Below are positions 52,460 through 64,000 of a DNA stretch of 64,000 nt, one piece after another. The stretch spans positions 30,318,001 to 30,382,000 of the forward strand of contig NC_043004.1 in assembly GCF_006345805.1 (NCBI RefSeq), given 5' to 3'. The position numbers were made by a program, and so were the translations under genes. This DNA is from Octopus sinensis. Lineage: Eukaryota. Numbering within the stretch: position 1 is the first letter of the stretch; every line of letters starts with the position of its first letter. The notes below the pieces were generated by a model. It saw only the letters and a list, made by a program, of their open reading frames with translations. It ran no database searches and was not told the DNA's origin.

Positions 52460-52687
52460 TATTTCTTTATTACCCACAAGAGGCTAAACATAGAGGGGAC
52501 AAACAAGGACAGACATAGGTATTAAGTCGATTACATCGAACCAGTGTGTAACTGGTACTTAATTTATCAACCCCGAAAGGATGACAGGCAAAGTCGACCT
52601 CGGCGGAATTTGAACTCAACGTAACGGCAGACGAAATACCGCTAAGCATTTCGCTCGGCGTGCTAATGTTTCTGCCAGCCCACTGCC
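52460..52687 (-). mobile_element. Full-length short SINE (RTE-5'UTR-like core) with 45-bp TSD
   Basis: Head gggctggcagaaacattagcacgccgagcgaaatgcttagcgg, tail gggtaataaagaaata; flanked by 52415-52459 and 52688-52732 (43/45 identical). Confidence 0.85.
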
Positions 52688-52943
52688 CTTCAATCTCTCA
52701 TCATCAGGTATGAAGCCAGTTCACTCAATACTGCAACCACACTCAGTTGAGAGGGCTCATCATGTAAGTAACTTGGTGACCTCACTGGTGCTGTTGTCAC
52801 ATAAGAAAGCACCCAGTAGTTATCTGGTTGGTGCTAGAAAGGGCATCTAGCTGTTGAAAAACGTATTCATGCAGATATTAGAGCCCAATGCATTCATTGG
52901 ATATTGTTAAACATTCCAACCTATGCCAGCATGGAATACAGAC

Positions 52944-53560
52944 ATTGAAAAATGATGACGATGATGATGATGATAATGATGATATCAATGATGAAAGGGA
53001 TGATGGTGATGATGATGATGATGATGATGATGATTGTAAAAAGTTATATACACATGCCACAATTGACAGTCGGGGTCATATTGGACAACTTGCATAGAAT
53101 ATGGTTCAAAACCATCATCTATCTCTCTATTTCTCTCTCTCTCTTTTTGTATATGCACACACTTATATATATACATATATATATATATACACACACACAC
53201 ACAAATATAGGCACACAACATATGTACAATGAAGTATATTAAAAAAAAAAAATTGAAAAATGATGACGATGATGATGATGATAATGATGATATCAATGAT
53301 GAAAGGGATGATGGTGATGATGATGATGATGATGATGATGATTGTAAAAAGTTATATACACATGCCACAATTGACAGTCGGGGTCATATTGGACAACTTG
53401 CATAGAATATGGTTCAAAACCATCATCTATCTCTCTATTTCTCTCTCTCTCTTTTTGTATATGCACACACTTATATATATACATATATATATATACACAC
53501 ACACACACAAATATAGGCACACAACATATGTACAATGAAGTATATTAAAAAAAAAAAATT
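52944..53560. repeat. Tandem duplication, 308-bp plus 306-bp units
   Basis: The two units are identical except (AT)7 versus (AT)6; att microhomology at the junctions. Confidence 0.95.
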
Positions 53561-54595
53561 AACATTAAGTACAGGCCATGACCAATAAGCGAAAAATATG
53601 TAAACACATGAGAGATAAGTACAGGACAAATTACAAAAAAATACACAGTAAGAACAGGACATCAACAATGAGTGAAAAGTACATAAACACATAATGAGAG
53701 ACACATATGGGACAAAATAGCAAAAGAAGTTTAACACCTCCTCAGTTGTCGACTATTTATTACTCCCTATTTTGAGCTTTTGGTGACAAGATAGGAAAAC
53801 TTCATAAGTCAGCAGCATCCAGAAATTTTGAAAATATAAAATTTGTGGAGAGTTAGGGATTTGAACAAACAAACAGCAACAGACTGGACGTACAGAGTAA
53901 ACAGTTGACGAAGACAAACATTAAGGGCTATTAGGATTAGACACCCTGTAATGGGTAATGCCTGGGAGAAATTTTGAAAAGATATAGAATAAATAGAAAA
54001 GAAGAAAACAGTAGTAGAAGAGAAAAATGTCAGGAGGCGAGAAAAATGATGTTCAGCTAGGTGGACTTTCATTCCTTCTCCCTTCTCCTCACTTCCGTGG
54101 TTTCTTTCCCTCGTCCTCTCTCTTGTCCCCTTTCTCCTCTGCTGTTAGCTCACATGTGACCACAGGTCATTTCTCTCACCTCTGTCTTTTCTGGACCCAA
54201 CATCTACCTACTTCTACCCAGAATTCTTCACTATACTCATTGCCACTCAGACAATTGCATCCTTAACATAATTATCAAATAAACTCAATGTAACACTGTA
54301 TATGGAAGAGGTTGGCTGTTTCTGTTGCAAGGACCACCCATATGATAGTCTTGTACTTAGGTGTCCCCCAGGTGATGGTAAAAGACATTGTCAAAGCTGC
54401 TATGCTGGAGAATCGATCCTAGGACTTCATGGCAGCAGCACAAACTTCTTAACCACTTGACCAGTTTGAAACGTTTGATCATACATAGATATGTATGTAT
54501 ACACTCATAAACATACATACTCACACCCAGATAGATATATACAGACACACACACATACATACATACATACATACATACATACATACATACATACA

Positions 54596-54625
<30 letters not shown>

Positions 54626-54627
<2 letters not shown>

Positions 54628-56190
54628 CCGTAAAAACCCATGTAATTTGCTCACCTGTGTAATTTACGCAGGTGATTTTCAGGATAAAAGTTGTTAAAAA
54701 TAGCTTCTACTCATGTAAAATTCGCACACAAAGTTTTCAGAACTGCCAATATGGTCAGGGGAAAAAAGGTTTTCAATTTAGTTGTATTTAGTGTAATTAC
54801 ACTTACTTATTAGATTTTATTAAATTTTCAATAAATAAAAATAATTTCTATTTAACAGGTATCACATTGAATGCTATTAATTTACGAAGTGTTTGTGTTG
54901 TTTATAATAAAGTTTATTTCACATTTCATGCCCACAAGAGATTATGTCCAATCTTTAGCATGCTTTTGTATGTCTTCTCAAATCACAATCCCAGGAAAAG
55001 TTGTTGATAATATTTTCAACAAAAGCAAAGCTGATAAATATGCACAAGTATTGCAAAATAAGTTTAATTACCAATAAACATCATCTTGGATGACACTCTA
55101 CTCAACCGACAGAGAAAGTGACTGTTCAAACTGATTATGTAAACAGAATTTTGATTGGTCGAAAGTGTCTTCTTGTCTCAAGCTCTGATTTTCTGTCCAT
55201 TCTTGTCGGAACCTTTGATATGGAGTGTCGAAATTTTAATCCCTTTCACATTTATAAAATGTCAAGCAAGCTTAAAAATTTGTCATTACTGTTTTAGCCG
55301 AGAGACCAAACTGACAGTTTGGTAACCCACTAAAATAAACATTGACAGTCGAAAGGAGAAACTAAAAAGCTTTGCAAGTTTAACTCAGTGTTTATTGAAC
55401 AAAAGAGGCGCAAAATTTAAGAAGAGATTTGTTAGAATATACACGACTGTGAGGGGAGATAAACAAGAATAGCAAAAATCTACTATGCCAAAAGAACTGG
55501 TAATACATTACAAGTGATCTATGAAGAGAACATAAGATTGCTGCATAATTCAACAAGAATGCGAAAACAACATTAGACATCATATAAGGTAAATGAAGGT
55601 TTCTGTAGGAATGCTAAGTCATATTCACTTAGTAAGTTTACATGCACAAGGAGGACTTATGAGGTTGTTGTTGATGTTAGACACAGTAAGAACTGGTAGC
55701 GGTGATATCGGCGCTGAAGAATTTCATTGTCCTAATGCAGAGAAAGCGAGCAATGGCTTCCTGGAGGCAAACTGACTTCTTAAGTGGAAAAAACCTGATA
55801 TATTTAAAGAAATTGCTGGGCTCCATTGCGATAGGTAGAAACTCCAAGCAATGTAAAATATGGCCCAGACTGCGATTACCAGCATGAACATCAAACTTCA
55901 AAAAGTAGTTGACCATTTATTGGTTTTAGTAAACTTATACAGAAAAAGTAAGCATTATACCGTCCAGAATAAATTCGAAGTCAACTTCATTATCTTTTTT
56001 CTGTAAAAACCTATTCTGACATTAACTGAGTCAACTTCTGGTATGAATGTTTGCATTCATACATCATTTTTCAACAAAAAAATTTATAAAATAATTCTGG
56101 AAACGATCTACTCATGTAATTTATGCACCCACTAAAGTTTGTTTTTGTTTTTGTGGAATAAGTGCGTAAATTACACGAGTTTTTACGGTA
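54626..56190. mobile_element. TA-flanked Tc1/pogo-like DNA element, 1.56 kb, no recognisable transposase
   Basis: TA-ccgtaaaaacccatgtaatttgctcac ... gtgcgtaaattacacgagtttttacgg-TA terminal inverted repeats. Confidence 0.72.
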
Positions 56191-56354
56191 TACATACCCA
56201 CATACATATACAAAAACGTATGTACATACACATATATACACACACATACATACATATATGCTTACACAAAAACATATATACATGCATACACAAAAATATA
56301 TACATACACATACATACATACAAACATACACAAAAACATATATATATATATACA

Positions 56355-57032
56355 TGCCTCATCTAGCACCTGTGTCGGTGGCACATAAAAACACCATCCG
56401 AAGACCCGGCAAGACTAGTCAGGCCATAACCCATGGCCCCTACCTGGGACGTAGTCAGTCCACCTGTGCATACCTTCCTTCTTGTGACACTTGTGAAGAC
56501 CTGTTGAGGCAAGTGAAAATCAAATCAAAACAAATCAAAATAGATGAACATCAATGGAATTTGTATCTTTGTGGTACCAGTGCCGGTGGCACGTGGCACA
56601 CAATAAAACCATCCGAACGTGGCCGTAGCCAGTACCGCATCGACTGGCCTCCGTGCTGTGGGCACGTAACAAGCACCATCCGATCGTGGCCGTTTGCCAG
56701 CCTCATCTGGCACCTGTGTCGGTGGCACATAAAAACACCATCCGAGCGTGGCCGTCTGCCAGCCTCGTCTGGCACCTGTGTCGGTGGTACATAAAAAACA
56801 CCATCCGAGCGTGGCCGTTTGCCAGCCTCGTCTGGCACCTGTGTCGGTGGCACATAAAATCACCCACTACACTCTCGGAGTGGTTGGCGTTAGGAAGGGC
56901 ATCCAGCTGTAGAAACACTGCCAGATCTGACTGGCCTGGTGCAGCTTTCGGGCTCCCCAGACCCCAGTTGAACCGTCCAACCCATGCTAGCATGGAAAGC
57001 GGACGTTAAATGATGATGATGATGATGATGAT
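56355..57032 (+). mobile_element. RTE-tailed SINE with about 62-bp internal tandem units
   Basis: Repeated ggcacctgtgtcggtggcacataaaaacaccatccgagcgtggccgtttgccagcctcgtct, then ggcgttaggaagggcatccagc...ggacgttaaatgatgat(gat)n. Confidence 0.8.
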
Positions 57033-57194
57033 ACATACATATGCAAAAAACATATTTATTTACCCACACATACACGCACATACATACATATGTGCACATA
57101 ATTCTTTTTAAGCATTTCTTTCACACACAGAGATGGTAAACAAAAGTTTAGAAGTGATAATGTTTTTTCTTTTCCCTTTTGTCTTTTTTTTTAA

Positions 57195-57455
57195 CTTGCT
57201 GGGACTGATAGAATGCCAGTTCTTGGATCAAGGATGCAACAAAGTTGTTTTATGATTCTTTGGTAGCTATAAAAGTGTGTTCATGACAGGGAGGTTGAGT
57301 TCATTGCAAAAAGACTTACACAGCCCATAACTATTCATTATGTCTACATTCCACCTGCCAATCACATCCGACCAGCTATTGGAATTAGAGCCTACCCTGA
57401 CATTAAAGTCAGAAAACAACAGGACCTTGTCATTAGCAGGGATTTTCAAGATGAC
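57195..57455 (-). mobile_element. RTE-clade LINE APE endonuclease fragment
   Basis: IPANDKVLLFSDFNVRVGSNSNSWSDVIGR..MNSYGL..FCNELNLPVMNT, then LPKNHKTTLLHP*SKNWHSI; these match the GDFNARVG, N.NG..L and TNT.F..HK.TW.HP.S..WH motifs. Confidence 0.8.
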
Positions 57456-57966
57456 AGAATATTAGCTGTCAAAAATATCTTTTTCACATTCATAGCATGA
57501 CGGTCAGAGTATAGCAGCTTATTAAATAAAATGAATTTTCCTCCTTCAGTCAGAATTCTATCTGAATAATTCTCTCTCCTCTCCAGAGATTTCTTAATGG
57601 TCACAAGTGATGCAAGTGTTGGATGGGTGTGTGTATGGCCCCATCAAGTGTGATTGGCTGGGTTGACCATTCAGTTAGGCCGGTAAGAAATATGGATGGG
57701 TGAGTAAAAGAAAATCTCATGGAGTACAGCAGAATTGTTTGAGCATCAGAGTTTATGTTTGGTGGTATTTGTTCTGGTTCTATACATTCTTAGTTCAAAT
57801 TCTGCCATTTATGAACTTTACTTTTTCATCTTTCTGGGGTCAATAAAATAAAGTACTAGTTAAGTACCTGAGTTGATGTGGTATACCTTTCTCCACAAAA
57901 ATTCAAGCCTTGTGCCTAAAAGAGTAAAAATTATTATTATTATTATTAATATTGTTATTATTATTA

Positions 57967-58014
<48 letters not shown>

Positions 58015-58232
58015 GGCAGTGAGCTGGCAAAATTGTTAGCATGCCAGGCTAAATGTTTAGTGGCATTTTACCCATCCTAACGTTCAAATTCTGCCAAGGT
58101 CAACTTTGCCTTCCATCATTTTGGGGTTGATAAAATAAGTAACACTTGAGCACTGAGGTTGATGTAATTCACTTACCCTCCCAACAAACTGCTGTACCAA
58201 AATTTGAAACCATAATAATAATAATAATAATG

Positions 58233-58315
<83 letters not shown>

Positions 58316-58483
58316 GTCCCTTCTTTTCCAGCGTATACTGTGTATACTTTCTTTCAATTTTTTTTTAACATTTCATTATATGTAAACTCCCACACTTTAC
58401 ATCTGTCTTTGTATTGTCCACCCCATCCTTTGCCCTTGTGGCACATAAATGAAATCATCACCATCATCATCATCATCATCATC

Positions 58484-58521
<38 letters not shown>

Positions 58522-59004
58522 GTATGGCTGAGTGGTTAAATATTTGCTTCCCAACCACATGGTGTCAGGTGTTCAGCTCCTCTCCATGGTATCTTGGGCA
58601 AGCATCTTCCACTATAGCTCTGACCTGAGCAAAATCTTATGAGTAGATTTGGAAGATGGAAGCTGAAAGAAGCCTCTCACATACATGTGTGTGTGGATGT
58701 CTGCACATGCATAAATGTGTGTGTACATGTATGTGTATGTTTGTGTCCATATCCTTATCCTGACATCATGTAAACATGTTCAGCAAAGGGAAAATATTAC
58801 CCTAGTTGGAAACAGGTGAGTGTTGGTGACAGGAAGAGCATCCAATCATAGAAAATCTGCCTCAATGAATTCCTATCTGACTCATACAACCACAGAAAAA
58901 TGTACATTAAATGATGATGATTATTATTATCTTACAAATGATACTTTTAGATGTCTCATATGTTTCAATTACATCTTCACCACATACACAGAGGTAATTA
59001 TATC

Positions 59005-59362
59005 ACATCATCATCATCATCATCATCGCTTAACGTCTGCTTTCCATGCTAGCATGGGTTGGACGGTTCAACTGGGGTCTGGGGAGCCCGAAGGCTGCAC
59101 CAGGCCAGTCAGATCTGGCAGTGTTTCTACAGCTGGATGCCCTTCCTAACGCCAACCACTCCGAGAGTGTAGTGGGTGATTTTATGTGCCACCGACACAG
59201 GTGCCAGACGAGGGTGGCAGACGGCCACGCTCGGATGGTGTTTTCTTATGTGCCAATGACACAGGTGCCAGACGAGGCTGGCGAATGGCCACGCTCGGAT
59301 GTTGTTTGTTACGTGCCAACAGCACGGAGGCCAGTCGATGCGGTACTGGCTACGGTCATAAT
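59005..59362 (-). mobile_element. RTE-tailed SINE, inverted near-identical partner of 56355-57032
   Basis: About 180 bp match 56830-57010 in reverse complement with about 4 differences. Confidence 0.82.
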
Positions 59363-59389
59363 TATATCAATTCTTTTATTCTGATACTT

Positions 59390-59612
59390 GTTTCAATCAT
59401 TTGACTGTGGAGCACTGCCTTGAAGGGTTTTAGTTAAACGAACTGACACCAGAACTTTTTTTTAAGCCTAGTACTTATTCTATTGGTCTCTTTTACTGAA
59501 TCACTAAGTTATGGGGACATAAACACACCAATACCAGTTGTCAAGCTGGAAAAATGAGGGACAAATACAGACACAATGACACACACATACATAGATGTAT
59601 ACACACGCACAA

Positions 59613-59645
<33 letters not shown>

Positions 59646-59673
59646 ATATTATATATATATATATTATATATAT

Positions 59674-59705
<32 letters not shown>

Positions 59706-59729
59706 ATATATATATATATATATTATATG

Positions 59730-59782
<53 letters not shown>

Positions 59783-59925
59783 GTATATATATATATGATG
59801 GGCTTCTTTCAGTTTCCATCTACCAAATCCACTCACAAGGCTTGCCCAAGGTGCCACGCAGTAGGGCTGAATCCAGAACCATGTGGTTAGGAAGCAATCA
59901 TCTTACCACACACCCACACCTGTGC
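59390..59925 (-). mobile_element. OK-like SINE with expanded internal (TA)n
   Basis: Head at about 59920, tail at about 59390; the internal microsatellite is expanded to about 190 bp (59610-59797). Confidence 0.72.
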
Positions 59926-60281
59926 CAATATAAATATGTTTTTCATGGTGTTATAAGTTTGATGGTTTGACAGGATCCAAAAAGCTGCAGAACTGCAATG
60001 AGCTCCAGTGTTAGCTTTAGCATAGTTTCACAGTTGGATCTTCTTCCCATTGCCAACTATTTTACAAAGTGTACTAGGTGCTTTTTATTTTTTTGAACCA
60101 CCAGCAAAAGAGAGGCCAGCGAATAACTTGTAAGACAAGAAAAGAACAGGAAAAAGTTTCCTCAACTCAGTGAGTGGAGGTGTATTTGAGAGAGGAAGAG
60201 ATAATTTTATACAAGGTGTTAACAAGCTAATGTATCATAGAGGAAGAAACACAAGTGTCTTGCTATAGAGGAGATTCATAG

Positions 60282-60333
<52 letters not shown>

Positions 60334-60373
60334 TTGTGTGGTGTGTTGTGGTGTATATATATATATATATATG

Positions 60374-60404
<31 letters not shown>

Positions 60405-60509
60405 ACGGTTTCTTTCAGTTTCAGTCTACAAATCCACTCACAACTCTTTGGTCAGCCCGGGGCTATAGTAGAAGACAATGCGCAAGATGCCGTGCAGTTG
60501 TACCTGTTT

Positions 60510-60645
60510 ATTTCTGTGTTCCTTTCTGCTGAAGAGTGTAGGCTCAAAACATAAGACTTTCTCACTTCCCAAGCATTAAACTAATACATCTGTTTGTTGT
60601 TTACACACCCGTCTTCGTCTTTTGTATCTTTGTAAATTCTCACTA
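60510..60645 (+). mobile_element. Penelope-LTR-like short repeat with degenerate hammerhead core
   Basis: CTGCTGA-A-GAG-tgtagg-CTC-AAAA-CATA at 60526-60554, then cccaagcattaaactaatac...ctcactata; a core-less copy of the 3' part lies at 14385-14452. Confidence 0.48.
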
Positions 60646-60940
60646 TATATATATAAAAATTAGAAAAAAAAAACCTTTTATCAATTCAAAATGAACAATT
60701 AAATTACACCATCTAGAAAATTACATAGAATAGAAATATTAAAATTATATTTAATGTATATATTTATTCTAATAAATATATACGTTTTTATTATTTTTTT
60801 GCAATTTACTTAATCTTCGGTATATTATTGTTATTTTTATTTTAAATATTTCTATTATATGTAATTTTCTAGATGGTGTAATTTAATTATTCATTTTGAA
60901 TTGATGAAAGGTGGTTTTTTTCTAATTTTTATATATATAT
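60644..60940. mobile_element. AT-rich foldback MITE with about 100-bp TIRs
   Basis: tataaaaattagaaaaaaa..tcaattcaaaatgaa..ttacaccatctagaaaattaca pairs with tgtaattttctagatggtgtaa..ttcattttgaattga..ttttttctaatttttata. Confidence 0.8.
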
Positions 60941-61028
60941 AATATATTTTGTGAAATTTGATTTAGTAATTTAGTATTCTAAATTAAATTTTTCCCTGTA
61001 AGTTAGGAATGATATTCCCTCAAATAAT

Positions 61029-61086
<58 letters not shown>

Positions 61087-61671
61087 GACCTGCCAACCTC
61101 AACAAAACCGAGTTCTGGAAGCCCTGTGTATTCCACTCATGCATATTATTCCCACATGCCACCTCAGTGAACCAAACTACATCTCTTCTTCAATAACTGC
61201 ACTCGTCACCTACTCCTATCCCATCCACTCCTGCAGCCCAATGCTGCTCTGTCATTTCTCTCTTCTGACCTCCCACTGCCAATTGCATCATTGCTATCTG
61301 CTACTCCCCTATATACCTGTGTTTCACTACTCACCACATTCCCCTTTTCCTTTTCTCTCCCCTTTGCACTTTCATGGACTCCCTTCTGTCCAATCCTCTA
61401 CCCCTTCATTTACATTCACTACCTTGTACCTTTAAGGTACACCCTGGCATGTCACCATCATCTCTCTCTCTCTCTCTCTCTCTCTTTCTTCCTGTCTTCA
61501 TCTGAGTGGGGTAACTATGTATCTTGTCCACAGTAAGACACCTATTTCTGACCCTCTAGCATTGTTTAACCTCTCATCATCTGATGCAAAGCCACCTCTT
61601 CCAATGCTCCTCTTCTTCACGAATGAGGGATCTGTTTCTTGCAAGCTATTTCATGACCTCGCAGGTACTGT

Positions 61672-62055
61672 GTTGCTGTTGCTGATGTTAAGTGAACGGT
61701 CTTCGTCCCAGAGCTCGCAAGATGGGAGAAGTCCGAAACGTGGTCCTTTGCTATTCATAAGACCCACAGAAGAGAAAGCAGGTCAACCCCTGACACTGAG
61801 AGCATCGACAGATGGATGAATGAGCATCCAGGCTCAGCATTTGCATAGGACTTCGGGAACAAGAAACAGGAAGAAAGAGTGAGAGAAAGTTGGGGTGAAA
61901 GAGTACAACAGGGGTTGCCACCACCCTCTGCTAGAGCCTCATGGCGCTTTAGGTGTTTTTGCTCAATAGACACACACAACGCCCGGTCTGGGAATTGAAA
62001 CCGCGATCCTCCGACCATGAGTCCGCTGCCCTAACCACTGGGCCATTGCGCCTCT
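61672..62055 (-). mobile_element. Full-length OR-like SINE with an alternative 3' module and 11-bp TSD
   Basis: First 195 nt or so match 24126-24320, then an unrelated tail ending aacatcagcaacagcaaca; TSD gcaggtactgt/gcaggtgctgt at 61661-61671 and 62056-62066. Confidence 0.82.
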
Positions 62056-63653
62056 GCAGGTGCTGTTGCCATGGTTGGCATTAGGAAGGGCATCCAGTCA
62101 TAGATATTATGCTGCAGCAGACAGAAGAGCTTGGCTCAGCCCTCTGGCTTACCAGCTCCTGTCAAGCCAGCCAATCTATGCCAGTGTGGAAAACAGACAT
62201 TAAACGGTGACACTCACACACACACATGCACGCATGCATGCACGCATACACACACACACACATACATAAACATACATATATGTTTGTATGTATGTATATG
62301 TATACACAATAATACCTATATGCATGTCTAAAGATATAACTATTTATAACCAGTTACAGTAACTGAGATATCTGAATGGCTGTCGCAGAGTGTCTGCCAT
62401 AAAGCTAACATGATACAGATATTGCTCAGCTTTTATTTCATAAAATGAAACAAGCAGAGTAAATTGACCAGGCTAATAGTTCAGTGAGGTGCTACTTTAG
62501 GTTGGGTTTGATCTCATTAACTATGTATCAAGTAGCCTGACCTATACTCCTTCATCCATCACACATCTTAGGTTACACATTGACTTCAATAACCACATAG
62601 TGTCATTAATACTAAATGGTGTTATTAAACATTCTCTTTATATTTAATATATCCTTTATTATTGGTGTTGTTGTTGTCATCCTAATCATCATTATCATCA
62701 CCATCATCATCACCAGCACCACCAGCACCACCACTTTTTATTATAAATGTAAATTTAATTTCATATAATTTGCCACTACTCTTGGTAAAATCCTGCTTGC
62801 AAAACCTTTTTATCTATATTCTCACTCCTAAACCTACAGATATTATGGTAAATCAAACACTTCCCCTAACACATCGCTATCTCTGTAGAAAATCATTATG
62901 ACCTTCATAAAATTTACCATTTATCAATTTGTTCCGATCATTTGATTATTCTTCATTATGATGCCAAAACTTGAGACATTTCTAAAATACAATATTCCTT
63001 TCTCCAATAGAGCTACACAATAAAACTTCATTTATTGGAGATGGCACCACAGCTATGCAACATATTAAATGTCTGACAATATGCTATCTGCTTTCAAAAC
63101 TCTCATTTAATATACAACAAAAGTATGAGCGTTATATTCTGTATTTATCATATCATCTTCAATTCAATTGGCTATTTCATTTCTTTATACTAAACTTTAC
63201 TTACCTTAAATACTAATCATTAGCTGCAATTGTCCCTTACCATTATTATCTAAACATCATGTTACTAGTTCATTCTTTGACTTATAACAATAAGTGTTTG
63301 TATAAACTTTTAAACTATTGGGTTACTGGAAATATATATATAAATTGAGATGACAAAACATTAACTAAAGAAAAATCTCAAACTTTTCTCTATTTACTCA
63401 GTTGCTTTGAATAAAGTCAGTTATTGTCGATATTATATGAACCGTTCATATCAGTTAGCATTAATGATATGCAAGCATCAGTTCTGATAGTGAAGAATTC
63501 TGTTATAATCCAATATAGCAAGATGTAAGTTGTAGGAACACTCTATTGTAGCAGAGATGGAGATTTATTTCTATTTCATTCAGTAAGCTACATTAAAGAA
63601 GACAGCAAAGTGTAAGTGATGGTGGTGGTAGCAGCAGCAGCAGTAGTAGTAGC

Positions 63654-63696
<43 letters not shown>

Positions 63697-63857
63697 TCAT
63701 TAGTAGAAGGAGATTAAGGACTTAAAAACCTGAGACTATTCAGTTATCATTTAAAATGTGCACAGCAGCGTTATCAATTCTGAATGACATCCACCACTCC
63801 TGCACACATACACACACACACACAGACACACTCATACATACACATGTCCTCCTCCCA

Positions 63858-63918
<61 letters not shown>

Positions 63919-64000
63919 CATACATACACATACATATACACACATACACATATATATATATATATATGTGCATGCATGTATGTATGTAAGTATGTATGTG

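Noticed and set aside
53731-53780. CTGAGGA and GTC on the minus strand resembling a permuted hammerhead
   Set aside because: Helix II and helix III do not pair and GAAA is absent.
56162-57009. Cluster of 100-210 aa ORFs (also 16271-16471, 18490-18864, 59046-59404)
   Set aside because: These are GC-rich SINE bodies with internal tandem units; identical peptides recur in every copy and in either orientation.

Overview
AT-rich eukaryotic DNA saturated with microsatellites and SINEs. The tRNA-derived OK/OR-like, CORE-like and RTE-tailed SINE repertoire suggests an octopod cephalopod (Octopus); this is my recognition, not a database result. One host gene is supported, on the minus strand: the 5' part of a secreted or membrane CUB-domain protein. 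Three exons join in frame with GT-AG sites: 49474-49582 (signal peptide), 6056-6236 and 1887-2077 (two halves of one CUB domain), across introns of 43,237 and 3,978 bp. The gene runs off the left edge and needs at least one further upstream exon. Everything else is intronic or flanking repeat: decayed Ty3/Gypsy, Tc1, mariner, Helitron, RTE, CR1 and Penelope-like fragments, many MITE/foldback elements and dozens of SINEs. I see no CRISPR array, rRNA, true tRNA or clear-cut new multi-gene system. The best leads are remnant minimal hammerhead-ribozyme cores in three Penelope-LTR-like repeats, a duplicated 205-bp unit holding a pre-miRNA-sized hairpin, a uORF whose stop overlaps the CUB gene start (AUGA), SINE module swapping, a 45-bp target-site duplication and a minisatellite born from a SINE segment.
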